NCBI RefSeq assembly: GCF_009914755.1
Contig: NC_060927.1
Origin: the human T2T-CHM13v2.0 reference genome, Homo sapiens
Reading direction: 5' to 3' (one strand)
Length of the DNA stretch: 64,000 bases
In this document: one piece after another, positions 1 through 12,170 of the stretch
How positions within the stretch are numbered: the first letter of the stretch is position 1
Layout of the letters: the number at the start of each line of letters is the position of its first letter
Notes under the pieces: generated by a model
Told to the model about the DNA's origin: nothing
Databases searched by the model: none
Seen by the model: the letters and a program-made list of their open reading frames with translations, nothing else
Program-made: the position numbers and the translations under genes

Positions 1-270
1 ATTTTTGAATTTTCTATCCTTTTCTATTGATCTATTTAATCACAAATACTATACTGTTTTAACTGCAGAACTTGATAACATGTCTTAGGGTCGGCTATGC
101 TTAGTTGGTCCTCACTGCTTATGTTACTTAGGAATGTTTTCTGGCTATTCTTGCTTGTTTACTTTTCCGTTTGAATTTTATAATCAATTTGTTGTACGCC
201 AGAACAAACCAAAAAAATCCCATTAATGTTATTTTTATTGGTATTTTATTAAATGTGTTTGTCTTGGGGA
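1..270 (-). mobile_element. Old L1 (L1M/L1ME-type) ORF2 fragment
   Basis: Degenerate antisense L1 ORF2 wording (ctggctattcttgcttgtttacttttcc...tttataatcaatttgt); boundaries approximate. Confidence 0.45.
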
Positions 271-339
271 GTAAAAAAGAAGATCTATAAATCTTTTGTT
301 GATTTTAGGCAGCTGAGGCATACTGAGTAGCATGTCTTA

Positions 340-665
340 GCACGATAGAAGGAGGGTGAATTTTGTATACATGTAGCTTCAGGTTTCACTTTACTCCCTC
401 ATTAAACATGCAAACTTGAACAAGTTGATTATTTTATCTCTATTTGAGTTTTCTCATTTAGAAAGTTAAAATGATATTACTCAAGATACAGGTTGTTTGG
501 AGAATTAAACCTTCACAAGTGTGTGGGTCTTTTTCTGTTCTTTTTCTTTTTTCTCTGATACGTTTCCAGTGCTAGAATAGTGCCTGCTCCATAGTAGAAG
601 CTTAATAAATGAATGAAACATCTATTAAAGTTCTCAGCACATATTGGGCAATCAAATGTTAGTGC
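340..665 (+). mobile_element. MIR fragments with an L2/MIR 3'-end piece
   Basis: MIR-core-like gagttttctcatttagaaag...ggttgtttggagaattaaa; L2-tail-like gtgcctgctccatagtagaagcttaataaatgaatgaa. Confidence 0.5.
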
Positions 666-799
666 CTTTTAAAAATCTTTATTTCACAAACAATGCCAGC
701 GTCAAATTTATAATTATATGTTAAGCAATTTCCTTGGGATTTTCATATTATTGAAATATTTTGGATAAAAGCTAAGACTGAACATTTTTCTCTGTTGTA

Positions 800-962
800 T
801 CTATTTTATTATTTTTATTTATGTATTTATTTATTTATATTTATTTTTGAGATGGGGCCTTGCTGTGTTGCCCAGACTGGTCTCAATCTCCTAGACTCAA
901 GCGATCCTCCTGCCTCAGCCTCCCAAATCACTGGGTGTTCAGGCATAAGCCACTGTGCTCAG
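800..962 (-). mobile_element. FLAM-type Alu monomer with (TTTA)n tail
   Basis: gagatggggccttgctgtgttgcccagactggtctc...gcgatcctcctgcctcagcctcccaaa; single arm only. Confidence 0.85.
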
Positions 963-1427
963 ACTCTCTATGATGTTTACAATGAAATTTTGATGTGGTT
1001 GAATATAATTTTCTGAAGTTTAAGTTTTAATTTCATATTTTCTTTAGTTTTGTACAAATAATAGCACTATGTAGTTGCATTCCAGAAGCAACTCATGTAA
1101 ATATTCCATTAAGAGTGGACTCACAGGAATAATGAAAAGGCAGTAAGTCATATCTGTATCATCCATATGCGTGATGCATGTTAACACTGTGTGGGATTTG
1201 CAGTTGGAAGAAAATGCCCTAAACAGACATTTTTATTATTTTGACTTGTTTATGAGTGAGGTCATGTTTGTTATTAAATAGTAAAATTTACATAGTAAAG
1301 ATTGCAAAACAAACAAACAAACCCAGCCCTGAAAAACATTAATACTCTGTAATACTCTGTGAATGAGAAAATGACTAATGCACCTGTGAACAGATTCTCA
1401 ACAGTGGTAAAATTAAGCTTTAATTGC

Positions 1428-1640
1428 TGTCTCTCTCTCTCAGTAAATATTCTCTCTCTCACTAAATGAATATAATATATATTTAGAACATTCTCTATAA
1501 AGAGGAAATATAGAATATTTTAAATATATAAAACTAAAATATATATTTAGAATAATTTAATGTATTTAGAATATTCTAAATAAACAGAGGAATAATACAG
1601 AATATTATATATGTGTATATATAGTGTATGTGAAAGAGAG
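1428..1640. repeat. AT-rich low-complexity tract with iterated motifs
   Basis: Recurring tatttagaa/agagga units; perfect 20-bp palindrome tatttagaatattctaaata at 1563-1582. Confidence 0.7.
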
Positions 1641-2047
1641 ACAGATTGTTAAATTACAATAAACACAGTTTATCTTTGTATAAATAAGTTTAGGGTAGAA
1701 AAATTCATGTTGGTTTATTGATAGAAGCTCTAGCTTCTGACAGCAATTGCTGGAATATCTGGCATCCTTAATAATCCAAGAAGTTTGGGGTACTATGTGT
1801 GTATTTATAAGTACAAGATTGTCTTCCTTTAATTAACTGGAATAGTTTTTCTAATGGTGTCATGGAGGAATACCTAAACTAGTTGTAAACATAACTATTT
1901 TTTTTTTCTCAAAATGTCAAGGTTGTTTGTACAGCAACCAACACTAATTGGCTTGAAGATAGGCTTCTCTCTTGGCCTTGGCTCTTCTGGTATAAAATTT
2001 TTCCTCCAAATGGCACATATATATGATGAGATGCAACTCTATATAAT

Positions 2048-2172
2048 TGTGGTGTAGTAGAACGTGTAGACTTTGAAATCAAGGAAAAAAATCAAATTTT
2101 GGTATTATTATTTACTAACTGAATGACTGGGGCCAATCATTTAATTTCTCTAAACCTCAATTTCTTACTAAG
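2048..2172 (+). mobile_element. MIR fragment
   Basis: ggtgtagtagaa...ttactaactgaatgactggggccaatcatttaatttctctaaacctcaatttc. Confidence 0.7.
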
Positions 2173-2184
2173 GAATGGTGCAGA

Positions 2185-2525
2185 AACTTCATTGGTGCAT
2201 ACAACTTCATTGGTGAATTCTACCTAACATTTAAAGCAGAATTAATACTAACCCTTCACCAACCCTTTCAAACAATAGAAGAGAAAAGAATACTTCCCAA
2301 CTCATTCTCTAATGCTACTATTATTATCCTGACACCAAACCAGACAAAAACAGCACAAGAAAACTATAAAAAATATCTCTTATATAAATACAAAAATCTC
2401 CAACACTATACTAGCAAACCAAATCTGCAAAATACAAAAAGGATTATGTAACAGGGATAAGTAGTATTTATACTATACAAGGTCAGATTAACATAGAAAA
2501 ATCAGTTCATGCAATATACCCCGTT
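2185..2525 (+). mobile_element. Old L1M ORF2 fragment
   Basis: ggtgaattctacctaacatttaaagcagaattaatac...tacttcccaactcattct...ctagcaaaccaaatc, typical of L1 ORF2. Confidence 0.8.
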
Positions 2526-2844
2526 AAAACCCACAGAATGGGGAAAAATATTCATAATCTAAACATGCAACAAAGGACTAATATTCATCCAGTGGGCCTA
2601 GTGTTCTAGTCATTTCTTTGCCTGTCCTCAGATAAAAAGTTTCTTATAGCTTGCTTGCAGATTTTGCCTTTCTCATGCTTGTCTTGTGTAATTCCAACAA
2701 CTATGAAATAGTGCACTATCAGCAAAAAGCATATAATTCCATATATGAATGGACCATGACTTGGGGGAATTGATTTTAAGTTTTGTCAACACAGAGTGGC
2801 TATCAAGGCACTGAGACTCATTCTGAGCCTTCTTTTGCCTGTTT
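2526..2844 (+). repeat. Mosaic of three locally copied segments (donors 3702-3763, 10208-10409, 4526-4582)
   Basis: Direct base-by-base matches within the window; see findings. Confidence 0.95.
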
Positions 2845-3940
2845 TACACCAACAATGACCAAGCTGAGAATTATATCAAGAACTCAATCCCTTTTACAAT
2901 AGCTGCAAAAAAAATAAAATACCTAGGAATATACATAACTAAGAAGTGAAAGACTCTACAAGGAGAACTACAAAACAATGCTGAAATAAATTATAGGTGA
3001 CGTAAACAAATGGAAATATATCCTATGCTCATGGATTGGAAGAATCAATATCATGAAAATGACCATACTGCTTAAATTGATCTACAGATTCAATTCAATT
3101 CCTATCAAAATATCAATGCCATTTTTCATAGAATTAGAAAAAAAATTCTAAAATTCATATGGCACCAAAAGGGAGTCAGAATAGCCAAGGCAATCCTAAA
3201 CACAAAGAACAAATCTGAAGGCATCCCATCATCTGACTTCAAATTATATGACAAGGCTATAGTAACCAAAACTGCATGGTAGGGCTATAAAAGCAGATAC
3301 ATAGACCAATGAAACAGAATAGAGAACCTAGAAGTAAAGCCAAACACTTCCAGCCAACTGACCTTTGACAAAGCATACAAAAACATAAACTGGGGAAAGG
3401 ACACCCTATTCAATTAAATGGTACTGGGAAAACTGGATAGCCACATGTAGAAGAATAAATCTCAATCCCTGTCTCTCACCATATACAAAAATCAGCTCAG
3501 GATAGATGAAAAACTTAAATCTAAAACCTGGACCATAGAAACCCTAGAATAAATCCCAGGAAAAACCCTTCTAGACATTGGCAAAGTCTTCGTGATCAAG
3601 AAACTCAAAGCAAATGCAACAAAAACAAAAATAAATAAATAGGATCTAATTAAACTAAAACACTTTTGCACAGCAAAAAAATAAATAATAATAACAATCA
3701 GAAAACCCACAGAATGAGGAAAAATATTCATAATCTATGCGTGTGACAAAGGGCTAATATTCAGAATTTGTAAATAACTCAAGCAAGTCAGCACGATAAA
3801 AACAATCCCATCAAAAAGTGGGCAAATGATATGAATAGGCATTTCTCAAAAGAAGATATACAAATGGCCAAAAAACATAGGAAAAATGCTCAACATCACT
3901 AACCATCAGGGAAATGCAAATTAAAACCACAATAAGATAC
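2845..3940 (+). mobile_element. L1 (L1PB-like) ORF2 3' portion, truncated at both ends
   Basis: accaagctgagaat...aagaactcaatccc, through aaatgcaaattaaaaccacaataagatac; no 3'UTR or poly-A. Confidence 0.9.
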
Positions 3941-5629
3941 TTCATACAATTCATTAATGTATCCAAAAACTACTTCTACCCCTACAGCTATCAAAATAAT
4001 CAAATAAATTAATAAACGAGGAATGATGGTTTGGATCATAAAGCGCATGTTCATCTGTGGGACTGGCAAAAGGAAAAAAATAAGATGAAGTCAATAATAG
4101 ACAAGTTACAATTAGCAAGTGCAACCTTATACCCAAATGCAAAAATGAGGGTTAGAGTAACTATGCATATATTTTCCTTGCTTTATTATGATGATATTTG
4201 TACATATTGATGAATCTTTCCATCTCTCTTTCCCTAATATTTAATATAAGGTGTATTGGTACATGTGAATCTTATAATCAACCTTTAATAATATCAGCCT
4301 CATCCACTTTAAGTAGCAAAATATCAAAATGGGATTGTAATTTTACTGGAAGATCAATAAGCATTATTTCAAGATGAAAACAGTGACTTATAGGTTTTGG
4401 GATCTTCCCTTCTTTGGAAAATAATGAATGTATCTTATACAAGGGACAGTTACATTAGGTAGGTGGAAACATGTTGTTTCTGTTTCAGTTTGTCAGTTTA
4501 AATGTGATTGAAGGGTGTGTGTGTTAACACAGAGCGGCTATCAAGGCACTGAGACTCATTCTGAGCCTTCTTTTTCCTGTTTGTTTATTTGTTTATCATA
4601 AGGGCAACTACTGACCTGTGAAATGGAAGAAAGTCACGCCCTGAAGATGAAGACAAAGTCATCGCATCTGATTTTGTTTTCTGTCTACCTAGCTGGATAA
4701 AGTCCTACCTGCTCATGTCCTTTCCAAAGATGCGAATAAATGCAGCGCATCTAAGCCTTCGCCAGGACCTGAAGCCCAGCCTTCCAGCCAGTAGCTATTT
4801 TCTCTGCTTCCACACTTGCCAGCATTTGGAACCACATATACCTTGGCCAACCCAAGAGAGAGTTGGGGCTGCGGCTATTCGGGGTGAAAGCCCTCAGGTT
4901 TGTAGGTTAAATGGGATTTGTTACAAAAAGGTTTTCAGATAGCTTTATCCATTTAGGGAATTAAGTTCAGCGTGTTCTTAGCTACCAGTGACTTGGTCCC
5001 TGATTCCTTGTCTGCCTGTCTTTGAGGAGCACAGATTCGGTTAAATAGCTGAAAAAAAAGAAGGCAGGTACAGTTAACAAATAGCTGGCATACAGCAGGC
5101 AGCTGTGGTACAAAAATACAGTAATATACAAGCCAGTATTCTGTTTTCTCTCTTGATTTTCTCCCTGTAATCTTCCTCATCAGATCCCATGGATGGGAGC
5201 TTTTTATCACTTCAAGGAGTGCAAAATCGGCAATGAAAGGAAAAATTAATGATTTTAAAAGAAGCTAATAAAATAAAAATTAATAGTCCAGAAAATATTT
5301 GAGGGGAGGTGGAATCCAGCAGAACCAATTTTTTCTTTGTCCTTCAAATACATAAAAGTCCTCTGAGATGGAATTAGAAGAAAATTTAAGGAAACAGTTT
5401 GATGCTGGCACATATATGCATATTGGGGTAGAGGATGGGGGCTGTGCCATCCTCTTCCTCAGGTCTAACATAAAGAATAGTAAAATAACGTGTGGATCTG
5501 AGAGTAAAGCGGGCAAGTGCCCTGCTACTGTCTTGTTTGCCTTGAAAGAGCAAATCTCAAGGAGTGTTTCCTTTTCCTCAGTGGTAGAATAAGGCCATGC
5601 TGCATAGGGTCTTAGGCGTGGGTCCAAGT

Positions 5630-5850
5630 TAGCCTCAGAGAGCCCACACCCCCACCTGGCCAGTTAAACAGCATAACACTTTCCTTGTGAGGCTATTTGG
5701 ATACGGCATTGATTACTGAAAGATGGAAAGGGTTCCATGACGTGGCCGATTGGGTGGCATGGATGGTGAGCTGGCAGCCAGGTGGTGGGTGCTGCCTGCT
5801 TGTGGATTGCTGAGAGAGGAAATTCAAGACTGAGAAGTGGGCGGGACCCC
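5630..5850. promoter_or_regulatory. Candidate promoter/enhancer motif cluster
   Basis: CACACCC (KLF-like) near 5645, TGACGTGG at 5738-5745, inverted CCAAT at 5749-5753, GGGCGGG at 5839-5845, in non-repeat DNA; motif evidence only. Confidence 0.3.
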
Positions 5851-8292
5851 CCACTCATTTCCCACCACTGAATACAATTGAGAATCAGCTTCGGGAAGAA
5901 ATCCCTATAACTGAGTTTCAAACTTAAATGATGAGAAAATACTTTGAATAGTCTACTTACAAGTGACTAGATTAGATGGAAATTCAAAACAGAAACCAAG
6001 TCCCTGTATAGGGAAACAAAATTAAATATCTGCACACCTAATATATCAGCAAATATATGGTGTAGTTATAATTGCATTCTGTTTCAATTATTCTAATGAA
6101 CCTCCTTTTGTTTTAGTGAGAGATGGGAGAAAGTGTTATTTTTATTTTTAGCAAATGCAAACGTTATCTCGGCACTGGTGGGATTGAAGGGGGGTTGGCG
6201 TTAAGTCTCTTGAATAGAGTTTCTCGAAATACTAGCAGAGCATGCAATTCTAATAAGTAATACAACTATTTTAAAAGAGGTTTTGTAATTGGGCTTTAAT
6301 AATTGCTTCATATATTTTAAAACACATATTACTATTCAACAGAGATTTTTTACTTCACAATTGACTTACTTCTTCAATTTGCCTAATGATAAGCTCATAA
6401 AAAATGCTAACATTAATCATATGGCTACTATATATTACATATATATTAGTTAACTTTAAGACAAGAAAGTTACTTTTTGTAAAATTATATATATACATCA
6501 TATATATTATTATTATCCTTACTATTCCCATTATCGATATTCTCCTGATCTTCCTTCCCAGCTCAGGTGATCTGAAAGTACAAATTATTTCTTAGAAAAT
6601 AACTTTTTATGAGAAAACATATGGAGAATTTAATAAAATAAAACAAAACTAGCACTTTCCTAAGGGATTTGTAGAGCAGAAGCTTCACTTCAAATGCTGT
6701 TTTCACAAATGGCTGAAAAGTAGTTGGTTTTCTTCAGCTTCTATTTTATCTTAAACAAAGTAAGACAAAAACATTTTATCATATTATTTTCACTTGTCTT
6801 CTCACTGTAAGAACATTTTATTAGAGTTTCTTCCTCTGATGAATATGTGATTTTAGAATGGCTATGGAAGCTCAGAATCCCTCATTATTATTTGTCTGTA
6901 AACTGATACCTGAAAAGACTTTCTTGAAGTGAACATCACACAGCATCCACCTGGAGAGAGGAAAGTTTGCCCAGAAAGCAACTTGCGGTTTTTAGAAACC
7001 ATGTCTGCACCTACAATGTAAATTCAACCTGTCATTCCCAAACCACAGTCCCTTAAGACCGTAATTTACTTTACAAGGAAAAATGTTTTACTTTAACTCA
7101 CATTAAAGCCTCCTTCTATGACAGAAAGATAATTATAATAATGAACAACATCTCATCTCTGCCCTTCAGTCATTTCAGTAGAACATGTAAGCATATGCCC
7201 TACACTAGCTCTTGATCAGTCTGCCTACAGATGAGGTTGTTTTCCATTTTTCAATCACTCAGAGACATAAATTGCACATAATACTTTGTACAGATAAGCT
7301 GTATTAGATCCATTTTTAACCACAAAGGAAGGTTACTTATAAAATGGTGGCTCATGAGGGAGAATAAATGATCTTTATTGAAATGAAGGAAATTGCATAC
7401 TTCTAAATCTTAAATAATTCCAACATTGCCGAAAGCAATATAATCCCTTGGCAAATCTTGATAGATTATTTATGCTTTGGAATAGAGTCATCCAGGTGTA
7501 TGACCATCCTTGATTAATAATGAGTGTATATTCTGGATGATCATAGCACAGTATTGTGTTACAAAGCCAGCACCAATTGTTTGGAATAGAAGCAGCAAAT
7601 GTGGCTACTACTCTAATCAAAATAGATCAGCAAATAATGGCTTATCAGAGGGAAGTGTACAATATAATCGTGATTCTATATATTGGCCTTATATAATGAG
7701 ACACAGAAAAAAACCAGTCTAGATTCTGCTGATTGGTTTGAAGATAATCTTATTGTCATCCTCTTAAAGAGATGATCACGTTAGGTGGGTTTAAAAGGGG
7801 CAAATGGACACAAGAAAATGAGGAAGTTAACTCAACAAAATCGGGGTAATCATGAGTTGATATTTCAAACCTGTTCAGACTGCATTCCTCTCCTTTTTGT
7901 TCTCTTCAAGAATGCTGCCCAGGCTCTGTGACACCTTGTATCTTTTTATCAATGGTTATTGCAGAGGGCATATTAAACTGACCTCAAAGTTTGGGTTTGA
8001 ATTCATCTTGTGTTCTGTTCACCATAGACACTTCATATGTAATAGACAACATCATCTATTATATCTCGTATTCTCTGAAGGTTTTTTGTGGCTGAGGTAT
8101 GTTCAGATAATCACAGCTGGAATTCCCTGTATTTACTCTGACATTCCCTGTATTTACCCTGCATGATCTCTATAACCTTGGTGTATCCCTATCTATGAAT
8201 ATAGGTCACGTGCAGAGGAGTGCAGGCACCTATCCTGGTGTTCCTCAGAAAGAACTCAGTTGCACCTTGATGTGAAAGAAAGCGTTCACATA

Positions 8293-8413
8293 AGCCAGGC
8301 CTGATGGCCTGTGCCTGTAGTTTGAGCTACTTGGGAGGCTGAGGGGAGAGGACTCCGTGAGTCCAGGGGTTTGAGGCCAGCCTGGGCCTAGTGAAAAATT
8401 CTGTCTCTTAAAA
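8293..8413 (+). mobile_element. FAM/FLAM_A-type Alu monomer followed by (AG)n
   Basis: gtgcctgtagtttgagctacttgggaggctgagg...tttgaggccagcctggg. Confidence 0.8.
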
Positions 8414-9656
8414 GACAGAGAGAAATGGAGATAGAGAGAGAGAGAGAGATCACTTGTGCATTGATAATGTTAAAGGACCACAAGTTCTATAGAGAGACTT
8501 GAGAAAAAACAGTACTGAACTTTAGGAAAATGTTGAATCTTTAGGTTCCCTCTTTCTATCTTCCCTCACAATGCCCCTGAAACTATTATAAGTGGATTTT
8601 GTTATTGTGATGGAATAAAATGGAAGTAAAAGGAGATTGTGAAAGTTGTTTCTATATGAATGAGGCTAAGCAAATATTATCCATTAGAAAATGTATTCCT
8701 TAGAGCTAATCATGAGATATGACATGGCTTTATAATGTTTTGTATCCCAAACCTCTAAAGTTAGAATAGCTTCTGCTTTTACCAACTTAACCTTCCAATT
8801 AGGTGACATATCTGACTCGATTTGAGAAATCCTTATAAGGAAGTTGAAATAAAAAATTTATTGAGAAGTGAAAAACACAACTTTCTCCTTGATTCCCCAA
8901 ATAAGTTTTGGAGAAGCAACAGAAAGTAAGAAAAGAGCCCAGTCTAAGAGTCATTGAAGGCTTAGTCTCTCCCACAAGACTTCATTTTCTCTCTGTGTTG
9001 TCTTCGATTCACAGGGGTCTGGGGGAGGATCTATGCATTCCTCCATACCTTCCTGACTCATTGAATGTCTGTATCCTCAGAAAAAATGTATCTCAACCAT
9101 TTGTTGCTCCCTATGCGCTTCTCTTCACACACTGTTTCAGACAATAATAACACTTTATAAATGCTTTTTGATGATAATGCTTCATAAGTGGTATAGCGGA
9201 TTAGGAGTAAAGAGATATGATTTCTAGTATCTTCCTCTTATTCATTTCTTTTGGAAATAGAATTTTCATGTATCAATTTTGTATAAGAGGTGGGAGGTAA
9301 AACTTTATTTTAATGCAATTGTGTATGTGTGTGTGAGTGTGTGTATGTGTATGTGCATGTTTAAAAAGTGCTTCACATTTTCAATGCCAAAATGTCCAAG
9401 CATTATCTACTTTAATGGTGTGATTTTAAGGCGACTGATGGTACATATTAAAACCAGATATTTTGCTTTTATCCAGATATTTGAATTTTTATCTTTTTTA
9501 TTCTTTTAAAGTTTTATTTTTTATACATAGAAATAGCTCCTATAATCCCACAGATTTAAAATATATCTTCTGTTATAGAAAATTTGCAAAGTATAGAAAA
9601 AACTGGCCTTACAACCAATTTTCAAATAAAGTTGGACTTAATTTTTCCATTCTTAA

Positions 9657-9940
9657 AAGACAGCATGGTGTCTATGGATAAGTGAGGTTTGCTTGCGGCT
9701 TCAGACCCATGGTCTGTCTAGCCATTTTCCATGAAAGTGCAGTCTTGCGAGGATCAAGAAAGGCTGCCTGACTACTAGAGACATTGCCATGACAGAGGCA
9801 GTAACCTCTCTATGCCTCCTCTGTTTCTTCCTCTGTACAATGAAGATAATGTTTACCTCCAAAATTTATTGTAAAGATGAGTTGAGCTAATATGGTAAGC
9901 AATCGTGCTTGACATTATTAAACATTCATTAACATTTTAA
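9657..9940 (+). mobile_element. MIR
   Basis: cagcatggtg...aacctctctatgcctc...tctgtacaatgaagataat...ttgtaaagatgagttgagctaat. Confidence 0.65.
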
Positions 9941-10207
9941 ATGTAGGTACCACACTCAACATTCCAGTTGTGTTCTGAACATTCTTCTTTTAGCAACCAA
10001 TTTCAATACTTTCATCTGTGAAAATCCACATAAACCTTTTGGAATGGTATCTGTTTTCCCTCTGTACCACTGGTAAAGGAATTAGTGCCTCAGTTTTACG
10101 ACTCTCCATTGTTTATTTGTAGGACTTTCCAAAAAAAGTAGTATCTCCCCTTGTTCTTACTACTCTAGAATATGGTAAACTGCCTAGTTTGCCATTTGCT
10201 AAGTATC

Positions 10208-10409
10208 CATCCAGTGGGCCTAATGTTCTAGTCATTTTTTTTGCCTGTCCTCAGATAAAAAGTTTCTTATAGCTTGCTTGCAGATTTTCCCTTTCTCATG
10301 CTTGTCTTGTGTCATTCCAACAACTGTGAAATGCACTATCAGCAAATAGCATATAATTCCATATATGAATGCACCATGACTTGGGGGAATTGATTTTAAG
10401 TTTTGTCAA
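10208..10409 (+). repeat. Unique-sequence donor of the copy at 2586-2789
   Basis: 7 substitutions and 2 small indels versus 2586-2789 by manual alignment. Confidence 0.95.
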
Positions 10410-11129
10410 AAGGCAAGAAAATCTCCACGAGCAACTTTTGAAAAACGTAGCAATTAAGACCCAGCTCTAACCTCAAGAGACTGGAATTTAATGGTACTCC
10501 GTTTTCTTACAGAATACCCAGAAGTCTTTCAGAGCCATACAATAATTGTCTAGGAAGGTCAGTGCATTAAAAAGCATAATAAGTGAGTTTCTTTCCTCTC
10601 CTTCCTTTAATGTACAGCTAAGATGCTTTGTCAGTTGATTAAATCTCTAATGTCTGCTGCACTTAGTGCCACCCAGAGAGAACATTGTAAAAACTTTCCT
10701 GAAAATTTCCCAGGTTTGAGACTGGCTTTATTTCTAGGGTTTTCTCAAATGCACAGATTACAGTTTTAGATTTCTTTTCCTTTTTGAGCATAAATCAGTA
10801 GTGTTTTTGACTATACAAAAGACATCTGTGTCATATAGAGCAGTAACAAATCAAAGGATACGATGTCTGCAACCAGGTAATTGATGAGAAAATGGGTCCT
10901 TATGAACATTTGTCAGCGTGCCTTACCACAGTTGAACTTTCCAATTTTTGTATCACATCGTAGCCAAAGTATCTGTTAGCCACTTATTTTGTAATATGTT
11001 TATGTAGTTTATATCTATGTAATGTGTTTTGTAAAACATGGGAAACATTTCAGTACATTTTAACTTGAGCACATTAGAGGGTAAGTACTATTGTGCAGAA
11101 ATTCAAATGAGTTGAGATTCTTTTGAACA

Positions 11130-11670
11130 TTCACTCTTTCTTATTTAAAAACACTATAAAACTTATTTTAAAGAAATCCTGAATAGATATAGCCTTCAAA
11201 GAACTTCCACCATTGCACAGGATGTAGAACCTCTAATGAAAGTAAGACACAAAATGAAAGATATAAGTGCCAGAAGAAAGAGCTACCCAAATCGCAGGGA
11301 AATTCAGAGTGGGGAGAAATTATAGAAAACTTCACTGATAAGGAAATGCCGGAAGACTCAGTGAGGAGAGATGGAACCATGACGTGGGTATGTGGAGTCA
11401 GATGAAGGGCACTGAAAGCACCAGAGTAGTGTAAACAAAGGTAAAGATAACCTGTCATTTTATTTGAGAAGAAATTAGGCAGTAATGGTCACCACATTGT
11501 TGGGGTCTTGAATGTCAGAGGAAGGAGCTTGAACATAACTCTTGTCAGTGGAAAGCCATTGAAGACCTTTGATGAAAACATTGGTGGGAAAAGATTGATA
11601 ATTAATCTAGTCATGTTTAAAAATGATTGAATAAGCAATGGAGAAAAGGAGAACTTTAGGAGAAGTGAAG
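11130..11670 (-). mobile_element. L2 fragment
   Basis: Purine-rich antisense L2 wording (ggggtcttgaatgtcagaggaaggagcttgaac...ggaaagccattgaag). Confidence 0.6.
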
Positions 11671-11859
11671 AAAGGAATGGTATCTTTGGTATTTTTTATG
11701 GAGTATCTATGCTTGCTGCTTTTGTATTATCTCATTTACTATGTTACACTTAAAACATTCTCATTGCATGGGAAATTGAGGATCAGCACAGTTTTGTACA
11801 GGAGGATATTAAGGTTAAAAATTGAGAAGTAATTTGACAATGTATGAAGCTTTGTGCTA

Positions 11860-12170
11860 TGTTAGAAACAGCAAATTTGAAAGTCTTACAAAAGTACGTT
11901 TGGATCCTTGCTTTGCCTAGCTAACTAGCTTGGTGAAATCGTGGAATTTCTAAGAACATTAGTGACTCTCCAACCTGAAAAAAAGCTACCTTGTAGAAGT
12001 GATGTGAAGATTAAATGAGAGAACACGAATTAAAGCCACTGATACAATTTAAGTTTAAATTGTATCAGTGGCTTTAATTCCTCAAATAATTACTTGCTCA
12101 AGATCACACAACTGTAGTGAAGTGGAGTCAGAAGTCAGACTTGCATCTTTTGCTGTTAAACCAGGCTTCC
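11860..12170. mobile_element. Two opposed MIR fragments meeting at a perfect inverted repeat
   Basis: Plus-strand MIR (gtgaagattaaatgaga) on the left, minus-strand MIR (acttgctcaagatcacacaact) on the right. Confidence 0.55.
12027..12080. repeat. Perfect inverted repeat, 26-bp arms with 2-nt spacer
   Basis: gaattaaagccactgatacaatttaa-gt-ttaaattgtatcagtggctttaattc. Confidence 0.97.

Noticed and set aside
5738-5753. Classical ERSE
   Set aside because: The CCAAT-CCACG spacer is 3 bp rather than 9, and the orientation does not fit ERSE-II; kept only as UPRE plus CCAAT.
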